This document shows, piece by piece, positions 11,033-21,426 of a stretch of DNA of 64,000 bases. A program made the translations under genes and the position numbers. The stretch comes from an uncultured Candidatus Saccharibacteria bacterium (GTDB lineage: Bacteria > Patescibacteriota > CALEFQ01), in NCBI GenBank assembly GCA_965230955.1, contig OZ246404.1:920790-984789 (forward strand), written 5' to 3'. The stretch's first letter is position 1, and each line of letters opens with the position of its first letter. Under the pieces are notes generated by a model that was not told where the DNA came from, searched no databases, and was given only the letters and a program-made list of their open reading frames with translations.

Positions 11033-11533
11033 TCAATAAGAGAACGCTTCCGACGCTTGATCGCGAAAATCTTCGGTTCCGGTATTTTCGATAGCGAAAA
11101 CCCACTGTCCATTATTCCAAACCATGAAAGGCTCTTTCAAGGCTTCTCCGCCCAGAGTAAAACCCAGATCTGAGCCGCGATATTTTAGATAACCTCGATT
11201 ATTGATTACCGCCGAATCTCGCGTACAGTTATTGCAATTTTCCGAAGCGACGGTGACTTTTTCAATCCAATTATAGGCTTCTTCCGGTGAATTGAATTTA
11301 ACCGCAAAAACCTTGAAATTGCCGTAATTACCCACCGCCACTTCATCCGGCGGAAGACCGTTAGACGTGGTTGTCTGCCAATTATTTTCTACCAGCGCCG
11401 AGGGTAATAATTTGGAAGCCGCCTGATCGGACGGCACCGAGTCGTGTTTTATTACGGCGGTAGCCGCGCCGCAGCCGACAAAAACCACGACAGCCAAGAT
11501 GACTATTAGAGAGATAATCAATTTGAGGTGCAT
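11033..11533 (-). CDS. Putative lipoprotein
   Basis: Start at MHLKLIIS; hydrophobic signal and lipobox-like VFVGC. Confidence 0.65.
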   Translation of the reverse strand: MHLKLIISLIVILAVVVFVGCGAATAVIKHDSVPSDQAASKLLPSALVENNWQTTTSNGLPPDEVAVGNYGNFKVFAVKFNSPEEAYNWIEKVTVASENCNNCTRDSAVINNRGYLKYRGSDLGFTLGGEALKEPFMVWNNGQWVFAIENTGTEDFRDQASEAFSY

Positions 11534-11590
11534 TTTTGTAGTATTAAGTAAATTTGTTTTATTATACAATGGTGCGGCAAATTTAAAAAA

Positions 11591-11688
11591 TAAAAATATC
11601 AAAGTTTAAAAGAAATCTAAAGATAAAAGTTTTTAGAAAGTCTTTTATCCTTTTGTTTTTAAATTTCTTTTAAACTTTGATATTTTTA
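11591..11688. repeat. AT-rich inverted-arm element with a perfect 26-bp inverted repeat
   Basis: TAAAAATATCAAAGTTTAAAAGAAAT (11591-11616) and its exact reverse complement at 11663-11688. Confidence 0.8.
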
Positions 11689-11692
11689 AGCT

Positions 11693-14572
11693 TTAATCTT
11701 TTCTCCGCCCTATCACCTTCTGCAAATATTGTCCAGTATAACTCCGCTTAACTTTCGCCACTTGCTGGGGAGTGCCTTCGGCCACGATTTCTCCGCCGCG
11801 CTGTCCGCCATCCGGGCCGAGATCGACAATCCAATCCGCGCTTTTGATCACATCCATATTGTGTTCGATGATTAAGACCGTATTCCCTTTGTCCACTAAT
11901 TTGTTCAGGACTTGGAGCAAACGTTCCACGTCAGCGAAATGAAGTCCAGTGGTCGGCTCGTCCAAAACATACAAAGTCTTGCCGGTGGAGCGCTTGGAAA
12001 GTTCCGTGGCCAATTTCACCCGCTGGGCTTCCCCACCGGACAATGTCGTGGCCGGCTGGCCCAATTTAATATAACTTAATCCCACTTCATCTAAAATTTT
12101 CAGTTTGCGCTTGAGCGCCGGGACATTGCCGTAAAATGCCAGGGCCTCGCTGACCGTCATATCCAATACTTCGGCAATCGTTTTCCCTTTATAATGAATC
12201 TCCAGCGCTTCTTTGTTATAACGTTTGCCTTTGCACTCATCGCACTCCACGTAGACATCCGATAAAAAGTGCATTTCGATCCGCACCAAACCTTCGCCGC
12301 GACATGATTCACACCGCCCGCCTTTCACATTGAAACTGAAGCGTCCCGCTTTGTATCCCCGCATTTTGGCTTCCGGCGTCTGCACAAAAAGATCGCGAAC
12401 ATACGTGAAAATGCCGGTATATGTCGCCGGATTGGAGCGCGGCGTGCGACCGATCGGCGATTGGTCGATAATCACCACTTTGTCGATATTCTTGATTCCT
12501 TCGATCTTTTTATGCGCCCCGGGAAGTTCTTTGGCGCCGTAAAAATCATGAGCCAACGCTTTGGCCAAGATATCGTTCATTAAGGTGGATTTGCCCGAGC
12601 CGGAAACACCGGTAATCGCCACAAATTTACCCAAAGGAATTCCGACGTCGATATTTTTCAAATTATGCTCAGTCGCTCCCTTGATCAAAAGCTTTTTACC
12701 GTTGCCGCGGTGCGGTTTCTTGTTCACCGGAATTTTTTTACGACCGCTCAGGTAGGCGCCCGTCAGCGATTTTTTGTTGCGCGATAACTCCTGGGGCGTG
12801 CCGGTGGCGACCAATTCCCCGCCGTGCTCGCCGGCGCCCGGACCGATATCGACAATGTAGTCGGCCGCCAACATAGTTTCTTCGTCGTGCTCCACCACAA
12901 TTACCGTGTTACCGAGTTCTTTCAGGTTTTTCAGCGTCGTAATCAATTGGGCGTTATCTTTTTGGTGCAAACCGATCGAAGGCTCGTCCAGTATATAGAG
13001 CACCCCGACCAGGCTGGAACCGATCTGAGTCGCCAAGCGGATCCGCTGGGCTTCCCCGCCCGACAGAGTCGCCGCCGCCCGATCAAGCGTCATATAATCC
13101 AAACCTACGTCAATCAGGAATTGCAAGCGGGCGCGAATTTCTTTCAAAATCTGGGTCGCGATTTTCTGCTGGCGAGCGGTAAGTTTTTTGTTCAACTCGT
13201 CGAAAAAAACGGCACTGTTTAGAACCGAGAGCTCGGTCACTTGAATAATAGATTTGTTCGCGACCAGCACGCTCAAGACCTCCGGGCGCAATCTTTTACC
13301 TTTACAAACCGGGCAAGTATAAACACGCATGTACTGCTCGATCTCACTGCGTATGTAATCCGAATCGGTCTCGCGGTAGCGCCGCTCGAGATTATGGATA
13401 ACCCCCTCAAACGACGTGGTAAACTCCCGGACTTTGCCCGGCATATCATCATCAGCATAAACCGTGAAAGTGTCGCCATTGGAACCATGCAAGACCAAAT
13501 CCAGCGCCTTTTTAGAAAGTTTACTGACCGGCGTATCCACCGAAAAATTATAACGTTTGGCCAAGGCTTCCAATTGGCGCGAATACCAAGTTTGGCGAGC
13601 ATTAGAACGAGACCAAGGACGAATCGCCCCTTCCGCCAGACTCAGTTTTTTGTTGGGAATAACCAAATCGGCATCAACTTCCAATTTTGTTCCAAGTCCG
13701 GTGCATTCCGGGCAAGCGCCGTGCGGACTATTGAAAGAAAACATGCGCGGCTGAATTTCCGGCAAGTTAATCCCACAATCGACACAGGCGAATCTCTCGC
13801 TGAAAAGCTTGTCTTGTTCTAAATCCGGCAGGCTGACAATCATGATCCCGTTGCCCAAATCCAAAGCCGTTTCCACGGAATCAACCACCCGCGTCCGCTC
13901 CGGATGCTCTTTGGCCCGAGCCGGTATGGCAGAAATTGCCAGACGATCCACCACGACTTCGATAGTATGTTTTTTCTGACGATCTAAGCTTTTGTTCAAA
14001 GCCTCGCTCAATTCCATAATAATTCCGTCTAATCTCACACGAACATATCCGGCCTGCTGAACTTGCTGCAATATATCACGATGTTCGCCTTTGCGATCGC
14101 GCACCATCGGAGCCAAAATTATCGCTTTGGTGCCGTCGGGCAAAGACAAAATTTTATCGGCAATCTGGCCGGGGCTTTGCGCCGCGATAGTACGGCCGCA
14201 TTTTGGACAATGCGGTTCGCCGATACGAGCAAATAAAAGACGGAGATAATCATAAATCTCCGTAATCGTGCCCACGGTCGAACGCGGATTGCGAGTCGTA
14301 CTCTTTTGATCGATCGAAATTGCCGGCGAGAGGCCTTCAATTTGATCGACGTCCGGCTTATCCATCAAACCGAGAAATTGTCGGGCATAAGCCGAAAGAG
14401 ATTCGACATACCGACGCTGACCTTCGGCATAAATTGTATCAAAAGCCAGGGAAGATTTTCCCGATCCGGAAATTCCGGTGATAACCACGAACTTATTGCG
14501 CGGAATATCCACGTCAATGTTTTTGAGATTGTGTACCCGAGCTCCGCGGATTTTGATAAACTTGCTGTTCAT
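11693..14572 (-). CDS. uvrA: Excinuclease ABC subunit A
   Basis: Two ABC ATPase domains ([24 protein letters not shown]), zinc fingers; start at MNSKF. Confidence 0.98.
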   Translation of the reverse strand: MNSKFIKIRGARVHNLKNIDVDIPRNKFVVITGISGSGKSSLAFDTIYAEGQRRYVESLSAYARQFLGLMDKPDVDQIEGLSPAISIDQKSTTRNPRSTVGTITEIYDYLRLLFARIGEPHCPKCGRTIAAQSPGQIADKILSLPDGTKAIILAPMVRDRKGEHRDILQQVQQAGYVRVRLDGIIMELSEALNKSLDRQKKHTIEVVVDRLAISAIPARAKEHPERTRVVDSVETALDLGNGIMIVSLPDLEQDKLFSERFACVDCGINLPEIQPRMFSFNSPHGACPECTGLGTKLEVDADLVIPNKKLSLAEGAIRPWSRSNARQTWYSRQLEALAKRYNFSVDTPVSKLSKKALDLVLHGSNGDTFTVYADDDMPGKVREFTTSFEGVIHNLERRYRETDSDYIRSEIEQYMRVYTCPVCKGKRLRPEVLSVLVANKSIIQVTELSVLNSAVFFDELNKKLTARQQKIATQILKEIRARLQFLIDVGLDYMTLDRAAATLSGGEAQRIRLATQIGSSLVGVLYILDEPSIGLHQKDNAQLITTLKNLKELGNTVIVVEHDEETMLAADYIVDIGPGAGEHGGELVATGTPQELSRNKKSLTGAYLSGRKKIPVNKKPHRGNGKKLLIKGATEHNLKNIDVGIPLGKFVAITGVSGSGKSTLMNDILAKALAHDFYGAKELPGAHKKIEGIKNIDKVVIIDQSPIGRTPRSNPATYTGIFTYVRDLFVQTPEAKMRGYKAGRFSFNVKGGRCESCRGEGLVRIEMHFLSDVYVECDECKGKRYNKEALEIHYKGKTIAEVLDMTVSEALAFYGNVPALKRKLKILDEVGLSYIKLGQPATTLSGGEAQRVKLATELSKRSTGKTLYVLDEPTTGLHFADVERLLQVLNKLVDKGNTVLIIEHNMDVIKSADWIVDLGPDGGQRGGEIVAEGTPQQVAKVKRSYTGQYLQKVIGRRKD

Positions 14573-14661
14573 TTTATATAGTTTGGCCGCTGGCAAAAAT
14601 CAATTGTCAATTATATGCTACTTCGTGATTTATGGCAAGGGGGACAATTAGTCATTAAAAA

Positions 14662-14733
14662 TTAGCCTTTAGTCTTTGGTCTTTGGTCGCGCGATGAATT
14701 TGCTAAAGACTAAAGACCAAAGACTAAAGACCA
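14662..14733. repeat. Heptamer inverted-arm element, TAGTCTT family
   Basis: ttagcct-ttagtct-ttggtct-ttggtc ... taaagac-taaagac-caaagac-taaagac. Confidence 0.8.
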
Positions 14734-14783
14734 TCTAAAGCCCCTTTATTATTCTCTCTTCCCTGCTATAATATGAAGTAATT

Positions 14784-16070
14784 ATGCGACTATTCAACTG
14801 CATTCTAAAAATAACTATAATTACCCTGATAACTGCCTCCCTGGGCGGTGGTTTTGCTATTTCAACCGGCGCGGCCAGCGTGATTGAGCAAAAAAAAGCA
14901 GAGATAAAAAAACTGGAAACTAAAATAACGACACAGAAGCAGGAAATCGCCGAACGCGAAGCCAAGGATTTTAGCCTGGACAACTATCTGGCCAAACTGC
15001 AAATCCAGCTGGCAGCCAACGCCAATGAGCAAAATGTCATGAAAGAACAAGTGGCACTGACCAAATTGGAAATCGAGGACAAAGAAGAATCGATAAAACA
15101 AGAAGAAACTTCCCTGCGCTATCAAAAAGAAATTCTGGCCAGCTATCTGCGCGAATTGAACCGATTTGACCGGACGAATAAAATGCTCAAGCTTTTTGAC
15201 ACGAAAAATTTTTCCGATTTTTATCGCCAGCTCAATTTCACAAAAATCCTTAACGACAAAACCGCCACCGCCACGTCGGAAATCAAAGACGCCCGAGACA
15301 ATTTGGAGCTGGATCGCGATGTTTTAGTGAACAAAAAATTAGAACAAGAAAGCGCTCTGGCTACTCTCAAAGTCTACGAAGCGGAAGCCGATCGCGCCCA
15401 AAAAGAATACCAGCTCATGCAATCCCGCAATGCCAGTGAAATCAAAAGTCTAAATGATGTCATCGCCAGCACCACCGACCAACGCAACCAACTCCAACAG
15501 GAACTTTTTGCCTTGACCAGTGAAGGCCAATCAATAAAATTCGCCGAAGCGGCTAAATACGCCCGTTTCGCCAGCGCCAAAACCGGTATCCGGCCCGAAT
15601 TGATTATGTCCGTGGTAAAACAAGAAACGGATTTCGGAAACAATGTCGGCACCGGCACCTATAAAAATGATATGAATCCGAACCAATGGGATGATTTCGC
15701 CAAAGTCTGCTTGTCGCTCGGCCGCTCACCTGAAGCAACACCGGTCAGCGCCCGACCCAAAAGCTATAGCGGCTGGGGCGGCGCGATGGGTATCGCCCAG
15801 TTTTTGCCCGGCACTTGGCTGGGTATTGCCGGTGAAGTGGCTGAAATCACCGGGCATCAGCCGGCCGACCCCTGGAATCCGACGGATGCTTTTGTGGCGG
15901 TGGGCGTAAAATTCCAAAAGATGGGCGCGTCCAAAAGCGATCGCAACAGTGAATGGGAAGCGGCCGGGCGTTATTTTGCCGGCGGGAATTTCAAAAAATT
16001 TCCCTGGTACGGCGACAATGTCATGAAACGCGCCGATGTCTACGCCGAGCAATTGAAACAAATTCCCTAA
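14784..16070 (+). CDS. Secreted coiled-coil protein with C-terminal lytic transglycosylase (SLT_2/MltB-like) domain
   Basis: Signal peptide, long coiled coil, QET.FG.N.G, GGAMG.AQF.P.TW, DPWNP.DA. Confidence 0.85.
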   Translation: MRLFNCILKITIITLITASLGGGFAISTGAASVIEQKKAEIKKLETKITTQKQEIAEREAKDFSLDNYLAKLQIQLAANANEQNVMKEQVALTKLEIEDKEESIKQEETSLRYQKEILASYLRELNRFDRTNKMLKLFDTKNFSDFYRQLNFTKILNDKTATATSEIKDARDNLELDRDVLVNKKLEQESALATLKVYEAEADRAQKEYQLMQSRNASEIKSLNDVIASTTDQRNQLQQELFALTSEGQSIKFAEAAKYARFASAKTGIRPELIMSVVKQETDFGNNVGTGTYKNDMNPNQWDDFAKVCLSLGRSPEATPVSARPKSYSGWGGAMGIAQFLPGTWLGIAGEVAEITGHQPADPWNPTDAFVAVGVKFQKMGASKSDRNSEWEAAGRYFAGGNFKKFPWYGDNVMKRADVYAEQLKQIP

Positions 16071-16071
16071 T

Positions 16072-16154
16072 CAAGTAACAGGGAACAAATACCAGGTAAC
16101 AAATTGGAAATGAATCATTCTTATTTGTTCCTTGATACCTGTTACTTGTTACCT
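16072..16154. repeat. Heptamer inverted-arm element, GTAACAA/TTGTTAC family
   Basis: caagtaa-cagggaa-caaatac-caggtaa-caaat ... atttgttc-cttgata-cctgtta-cttgtta-cct. Confidence 0.8.
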
Positions 16155-16163
16155 TTTTGCATC

Positions 16164-17684
16164 ATGTTCCGCGATTTATCTAAAACCCTCCCCGCTTCTC
16201 CCGGCGTTTATTTATTCAAAAATAAGGTCGGGCGGGTTTTGTATGTGGGCAAAGCGAACAATTTACGGGAGAGAGTGAAGTCATATTTTCAACGGCCGAT
16301 GGAACTGGAACCGCACAAGCAATTGATGATGCCGCAAGTCAAACGAATCGATCACCTGGTGACCGGATCCGAAATCGAAGCCTTGTTGCTGGAAGCGAAT
16401 TTGATCAAAAAAAATCGTCCCAAATACAACATCCTTCTTAAAGACGATAAAAGTTATAAATACATCAAGATCGACTATTCCGTCGATTTTCCAAAAATAT
16501 ATTTTGCCCGTCAGCCACAGCCCAATAAACCGGCGCGGGCATTACGGCACGCGACGGAGCGGCCCCGGGATCTGTATTTCGGCCCTTTTACCGACGGCTA
16601 TGCCGCCAATCAAGCCCTGGAACTTATGCGCCAAGTTTGGCGCTGGCGCTCATGCGATCGTGATATCCCCTATGACGGCTCGAAGCATTATCGCCAGCCC
16701 TGTTTGTATTACCACATCAAACTCTGTTTCGCCCCATGTCTCAATCGAATCAGCCGAACCGAATATGAACGACTGATCCGGGACGCGATCGAATTTTTAA
16801 AAGGCCGAAGCCCGGCGCTGATCCAGAAATTGCAAAGCGAAATGCAAATTCTGTCTCGGCAACACCATTACGAAAAAGCGGCCGTCAAACGCGACCAGAT
16901 TGCCAATCTCAAAAAAATCACCAGCCAGCGCCAAAGCTTGGACGCCCGGACGGAGCAAACCGCCGCGCAATGGATGGCCAAAGAAGCACTCGATTCCCAT
17001 GATGCTTGGCGACAGCTCAAAAAAGTACTCGGACTGAACGATCTGCCGCGGCGACTGGAAGCTTATGATATTTCCAACATTCAAGGCACGGCGCCGACCG
17101 GTTCAATGGTGGTATTTATCGAAGGCAAACCGCGCAGCAGCGAGTATCGCCGATTCGCCATCGTGAGCAAAACAACGCCCGACGACGTCAGCATGATGGG
17201 CGAAATGCTGTCCCGCCGGCTGAGGCACCTCGATAAAAATTGGCCGCGGCCCGACTTGATTATGATTGACGGCGGCAAGCCTCAATTGAATCTCGCGTGC
17301 CGAATTTTGAAAACATTAAAACTATCCATTCCCGTCATCAGTCTCGCCAAAAAAGAGGAAGAAATTTTTATCCCCGGGAAATCCGAGTCATTGAAACTCC
17401 CCCGCCGGCATCCGGCTCGGCTACTACTGGAACAAGTCCGCGACGAAGCGCATCGTTTCGCCATTGGCTACCATATTAATCTGCGCCGGAAAAATTCATT
17501 GCACTCTCCGCTCGATGATATCCCAGGCATCGGCCCCAAAACGAAAAAACTTTTACTGCGGAAATTCGGGACTCTGGCTGCCATCAAAAATGCCAATCCG
17601 AAAATCTTACGGGAACTGATCGGCCCCACCCGCACCAAGATTCTGCTCGAGCAAATACCGCCCGCTGAGATAAGTCAAAAGTAA
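16164..17684 (+). CDS. uvrC: Excinuclease ABC subunit C
   Basis: LP..PGVYLFK...LYVGKA.NLR.RV GIY-YIG domain, RLEAYDISN, IDGGK.Q, RDEAHRFA, HhH tail; start moved to ATG 16164, past the repeat. Confidence 0.96.
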   Translation: MFRDLSKTLPASPGVYLFKNKVGRVLYVGKANNLRERVKSYFQRPMELEPHKQLMMPQVKRIDHLVTGSEIEALLLEANLIKKNRPKYNILLKDDKSYKYIKIDYSVDFPKIYFARQPQPNKPARALRHATERPRDLYFGPFTDGYAANQALELMRQVWRWRSCDRDIPYDGSKHYRQPCLYYHIKLCFAPCLNRISRTEYERLIRDAIEFLKGRSPALIQKLQSEMQILSRQHHYEKAAVKRDQIANLKKITSQRQSLDARTEQTAAQWMAKEALDSHDAWRQLKKVLGLNDLPRRLEAYDISNIQGTAPTGSMVVFIEGKPRSSEYRRFAIVSKTTPDDVSMMGEMLSRRLRHLDKNWPRPDLIMIDGGKPQLNLACRILKTLKLSIPVISLAKKEEEIFIPGKSESLKLPRRHPARLLLEQVRDEAHRFAIGYHINLRRKNSLHSPLDDIPGIGPKTKKLLLRKFGTLAAIKNANPKILRELIGPTRTKILLEQIPPAEISQK

Positions 17685-17748
17685 TAAATCAAAAGTCAAA
17701 AGTTGCGATAATCACACTTTTGACTTTTGACCTTTGACTTTTGACTTA
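17671..17748. repeat. Heptamer inverted-arm element, AAAAGTC/GACTTTT family, overlapping the uvrC stop
   Basis: taagtcaaaagtaataaatcaaaagtcaaaagt ... acttttgacttttgacctttgacttttgactta. Confidence 0.85.
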
Positions 17749-17755
17749 TTATCAG

Positions 17756-17896
17756 ATGTTACCCAAAAAAGTCGCCGCCAAAATTAAACGCCGGGACAAA
17801 AAAAGAGCTCGCAAAATGATGGTGTCGGGACGCAGTGTCCTCACCCTAAAAAGGCTGATCGATCGAAAGACTGGTGTGTCTAAACCGGCTCTTTAG
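17756..17896 (+). CDS. Small basic protein (46 aa)
   Basis: Manual translation MLPKKVAAKIKRRDKKRARKMMVSGRSVLTLKRLIDRKTGVSKPAL; below ORF-track cutoff. Confidence 0.55.
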   Translation: MLPKKVAAKIKRRDKKRARKMMVSGRSVLTLKRLIDRKTGVSKPAL

Positions 17897-17976
17897 AATA
17901 ATTGAATCGCCGGTAAGGTAAGTGTTGATTTTCGGCACCAAAATGTTTACAATATAAGCATAATTAAGCTTATTTT

Positions 17977-18924
17977 ATGTCTAAATTTTCTCCCGAATCA
18001 GGAGCGTTTGATCCCTCGATGTCCCGGGAAGCCATGAAAACTGACCGGCCGATCGCCGAGGAAGAAAAATCACCCGAACAATTGCCTTTCGACCTCGAAC
18101 AAATCACTCGCGATAGCGATGAGCTTTTACGTGATTTTCAAGATACCACCGGCGAAGATCCGGCCAAACTTGTCGCCAGCGGAGAACCCCAAAAACTGGT
18201 CGAAGCGGGCGACCGATTTCTTTCCGGCCTGCTCAAAAAGCACCCTCACCTGCGCAAAGCCGCGGCGGTAACCGCCGTACTGAGCGGTCTCTTTGCCAAC
18301 GGTTGCGCAGCCAACCAGAGACTCTGCGCCAGAATAGAGATGTGGGATCAAGGTCTTCAAGAAAAAGAAAGCTTCCGTCGAGAACAATGGGAATGGATCA
18401 GAGATGAAATCAAAAAAGCTCATCCCGAAGGCGGCTGGGTCGTAAGAAAATACAATGGATTTCTTCCCGGCTGGTATTTTGAAATGCCGGCCGGAGCCTA
18501 TCGACCATATGGAGATTGGACAAAAGGCCGAGTCGCCGGAGACATTCTCCCCACTCAATTGGGCCAGCCGGACAAACAGTCTTACGCTATGAAAACTCCG
18601 CCGGCCAAAATTTCCAATGGCGATTTTTTGATGCTGACTACGGGACACCTGGATTACATCAAAGAAGATAATGATTCCCGAATTCGCCTGGTCTACTCCC
18701 CTGGTGAATGGCTCTTGCTGGGCGAAATCCAAGATCAGCAAGCTGGTTTAGTTTACGGCCCCCAGGAATACCGCCTTTATCCGCATAGCTCCAAAGCCTA
18801 TCCCGACAAACCTTGGGGGACTATGCCGACTCTGAAACCAAAAGGAGACACCTATGAAGAACTTTGGACCCAAAAACTAGGGCGTTCCACTCCCCGCCAA
18901 ATGACGTCACCGGCCAAACGATAA
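17977..18924 (+). CDS. Hypothetical protein: acidic N-terminus, internal hydrophobic segment ending in lipobox-like ANGC
   Basis: 315-aa ORF with upstream TTGATT...TACAAT promoter. Confidence 0.7.
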   Translation: MSKFSPESGAFDPSMSREAMKTDRPIAEEEKSPEQLPFDLEQITRDSDELLRDFQDTTGEDPAKLVASGEPQKLVEAGDRFLSGLLKKHPHLRKAAAVTAVLSGLFANGCAANQRLCARIEMWDQGLQEKESFRREQWEWIRDEIKKAHPEGGWVVRKYNGFLPGWYFEMPAGAYRPYGDWTKGRVAGDILPTQLGQPDKQSYAMKTPPAKISNGDFLMLTTGHLDYIKEDNDSRIRLVYSPGEWLLLGEIQDQQAGLVYGPQEYRLYPHSSKAYPDKPWGTMPTLKPKGDTYEELWTQKLGRSTPRQMTSPAKR

Positions 18925-18989
18925 AATATTCTCTCATTGACTTCTAAAACACCTTGTGATATTATCATCAAGGTTAACTGGTTATTTTC

Positions 18990-19349
18990 ATGTTTTTTGT
19001 TCATCTTCTGGTGCGCTTAGCGGTCAATATCTTGGCTCTGTGGCTATCGGCCCAGTGGATCAACGGTATTGATTACCATAATAACTGGCGTGTCCTGGCT
19101 GTAGCCGGCGTAGTTTTGGGTCTGCTGAATATGTTCATCAAGCCTATTCTGAAAGTAATCACCGCTCCTTGTCTCTGGCTGATTCTCGGACTGCTCTTTC
19201 CATTCGTCATTAATCTGCTGATTCTCTATCTGACCGCCTGGCTGGTTCCCGGTTTTTCGGTCAGTACCCTGTGGGCCGCCCTGCTGGCAACTTTGGTGAT
19301 AAGCATATTCAACTTCATTCTCTCAATCATCTTCATCAAACGAAAATAA
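18990..19349 (+). CDS. YvlD-like (phage holin 4_2 family) 4-TM membrane protein
   Basis: LGLLN.FIKPILK.IT.P...LGL..FVIN...L.L...LVPGF. Confidence 0.85.
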   Translation: MFFVHLLVRLAVNILALWLSAQWINGIDYHNNWRVLAVAGVVLGLLNMFIKPILKVITAPCLWLILGLLFPFVINLLILYLTAWLVPGFSVSTLWAALLATLVISIFNFILSIIFIKRK

Positions 19350-19371
19350 TCCCGCCGACTCTGAATCTCAT

Positions 19372-19391
19372 CTCTTAAATCTTAAATCTTA
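19372..19391. repeat. Single heptamer arm (TCTTAAA) before secG
   Basis: ctcttaaatcttaaatctta immediately before TTCTC-ATG. Confidence 0.45.
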
Positions 19392-19396
19392 TTCTC

Positions 19397-19612
19397 ATGT
19401 CTTTATTTGCTATCGTCTCTATCGTCCTGGCCGCAATTTTAACCGTTTTGGTCCTCGTCCAAAATCGCGGTGCCGGACTTTCCGGAGTCTTCGGCGGCGA
19501 CAGTGCCGTATTTTCACAACGCCGCGGCTCGGAAAAAATTCTCCATATCGTCACCATTATTGTCGCGGTTTCATTTTTGGTTACCGCCTTTCTGAATCTC
19601 CTCTATAACTAG
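19397..19612 (+). CDS. secG: Preprotein translocase subunit SecG
   Basis: VLVQ.RGAGL..VFGG....RRG.EK.L...T. Confidence 0.92.
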   Translation: MSLFAIVSIVLAAILTVLVLVQNRGAGLSGVFGGDSAVFSQRRGSEKILHIVTIIVAVSFLVTAFLNLLYN

Positions 19613-19638
19613 TTCCGGCGTGACGCCAATTTTAATTT

Positions 19639-21321
19639 ATGGATAATCAACCTGTCAGTTTCAAAAAAATTCCCCGCGTCCTCTCTCTTTTGGAGAAACG
19701 CCTGATTTTGATTTTCGGGCTGGTGGCGATCGCCGCCGGAATCACTTGGGGCGTTTTAGTTTATTTCCAAAATACGGTTCCCGCCCCGACTAAAGGCGGC
19801 ACTTATACCGAAGGGGTTTTGGGCCAGCCAAAATTTATCAATCCCATCATCGCCCAGCCCAATACCGTTGATGCTGATTTATGCAGTTTGATTTATTCCT
19901 CGCTTTTTCGCTATACTCCGGAAAATAATCTGGAAAATGAATTGGTCGAAGAATATCAGTTGAATGACGACGGAACGGAAGTTACCCTGACCATCAAATC
20001 AGATGTAAAATGGCAGGACGGAGAAAATCTGACCGCGGACGATGTCCTTTTTACAGTTCAAAGCATTCAGAATCCCAATATCCAAAGCCCTCTGAAAAGC
20101 GGCTTTGCCGATGTAGTCGCCGAAAAAATTGATCAACAAAAGCTCAAATTTACCCTGGCCCAGCCTTATGCTCCATTTCTTTCCAATCTGACTTTTGGCA
20201 TTTTGCCCAAGCATCTCTGGGAGAAAATTGAGCCGGCTAATATTCCTTTGGCCGAATTGAATTTACAACCGGTTGGCAGCGGCCCGTACAAATTTAAAGA
20301 ATTCAAAAAAGACAAATTGGGTGAAATCCAATCCTATACCCTGGAACGCTTTGATAAGTATTTTGCCGCCGCCCCTTTCTTGGATAAATTAATTTTCGAA
20401 TTCTACGCGACCCCGGAAGAATTGAGCGCCGCTTTGACCGACGGTCAGATAAAAGGCATGGCCTTCGACCTCAATACCGCCGAAGCCGTCTATAGCAGCT
20501 CTAGTTTGGCTGACTACAAATTTTCCCTCCCGCGCTACAATGCCGTTTTTCTCAATTACGCCCAGAACAAAGATCTGGAATACAAGAAAGTTCGCCAAGC
20601 TCTCCAGCAAGCGATCAATCGCGACGAGATTTTGGAGCAATCGGTCCCCGGACAGGGCAAACTGGCCAATTCTCCGATTATGGAAAACTTCTTGGGATTT
20701 GATCCGGGACTAAAATATATCGGCTTCGATCCCGAAGCGGCCAAAGGACTATTGGATGAAGCCGGTTGGAAAGAAGTTGACGCCGAAGGCTTTCGCTTGA
20801 AAGACGGGAAAAAACTGTCTTTGACACTGACGGTTTCCGATTTCCCCGAACATTTGGTTGTCGCCGACTACATCGTTAACGCCTGGAAAAATATCGGCGT
20901 CGACGCTAAAACCGAGTCCTTCAGCCCGGCGGATATCCAAGAGCGTATTCGCAATCGAGCTTACGACGCCCTGCTCTTCGGACAAGTTACCGGCCATGAT
21001 CCCGATCCTTATCCTTTCTGGCATTCATCCCAGCGGGAAGATCCCGGACTGAATCTGACTTCCATCAAAGATACCGATATTGATAAACTGCTCGAAGAAG
21101 GCCGCACGACGATCAATAGCGAAACCCGCGCCGAAAAATATCTGGCCTTCCAACAGAAACTGGCTGAAAGCTACGTCGCTATTTTCCTCTATTCTCCTTA
21201 CTATAATTACACTGCCGACAAAGAAATTAAGGGGCTCAACCCCGGCATTATTACCAATCCGGCGGAGCGTTTTAGCACGATTGAAAATTGGTATATCAAG
21301 ACCAAAAGAGTCGCAAAATAG
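19639..21321 (+). CDS. ABC transporter peptide substrate-binding protein (family 5), membrane-anchored
   Basis: GG.YTEG..GQP.FINP, W.DG..LTADDV.FT, PVGSGPYKF, DPDPYPFWHSSQ. Confidence 0.9.
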   Translation: MDNQPVSFKKIPRVLSLLEKRLILIFGLVAIAAGITWGVLVYFQNTVPAPTKGGTYTEGVLGQPKFINPIIAQPNTVDADLCSLIYSSLFRYTPENNLENELVEEYQLNDDGTEVTLTIKSDVKWQDGENLTADDVLFTVQSIQNPNIQSPLKSGFADVVAEKIDQQKLKFTLAQPYAPFLSNLTFGILPKHLWEKIEPANIPLAELNLQPVGSGPYKFKEFKKDKLGEIQSYTLERFDKYFAAAPFLDKLIFEFYATPEELSAALTDGQIKGMAFDLNTAEAVYSSSSLADYKFSLPRYNAVFLNYAQNKDLEYKKVRQALQQAINRDEILEQSVPGQGKLANSPIMENFLGFDPGLKYIGFDPEAAKGLLDEAGWKEVDAEGFRLKDGKKLSLTLTVSDFPEHLVVADYIVNAWKNIGVDAKTESFSPADIQERIRNRAYDALLFGQVTGHDPDPYPFWHSSQREDPGLNLTSIKDTDIDKLLEEGRTTINSETRAEKYLAFQQKLAESYVAIFLYSPYYNYTADKEIKGLNPGIITNPAERFSTIENWYIKTKRVAK

Positions 21322-21322
21322 A

Positions 21323-21422
21323 CTATAGTCTACGGTCTATAGTCTATAGACAAAAATTAATAATCAATAAAAATAATCTATTGCTAATGGTCTAAAGACC
21401 ATAGACTATAGACTAAAGACTA
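21323..21422. repeat. Heptamer inverted-arm element, TAGTCTA/TAGACTA family
   Basis: ctatagt-ctacggt-ctatagt-ctataga ... taaagac-catagac-tatagac-taaagac-ta. Confidence 0.8.
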
Positions 21423-21426
21423 ATTC

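Noticed and set aside
16104-16163. Upstream start extensions in the ORF track (uvrC, 6207, 11602, 62987, 30808, 46611)
   Set aside because: The extensions run through repeat arms or SD regions; downstream ATGs match family N-termini
18990-19349. Prophage suggested by the holin-family name
   Set aside because: The YvlD-like family is chromosomal; neighbours are housekeeping genes and no phage genes are present
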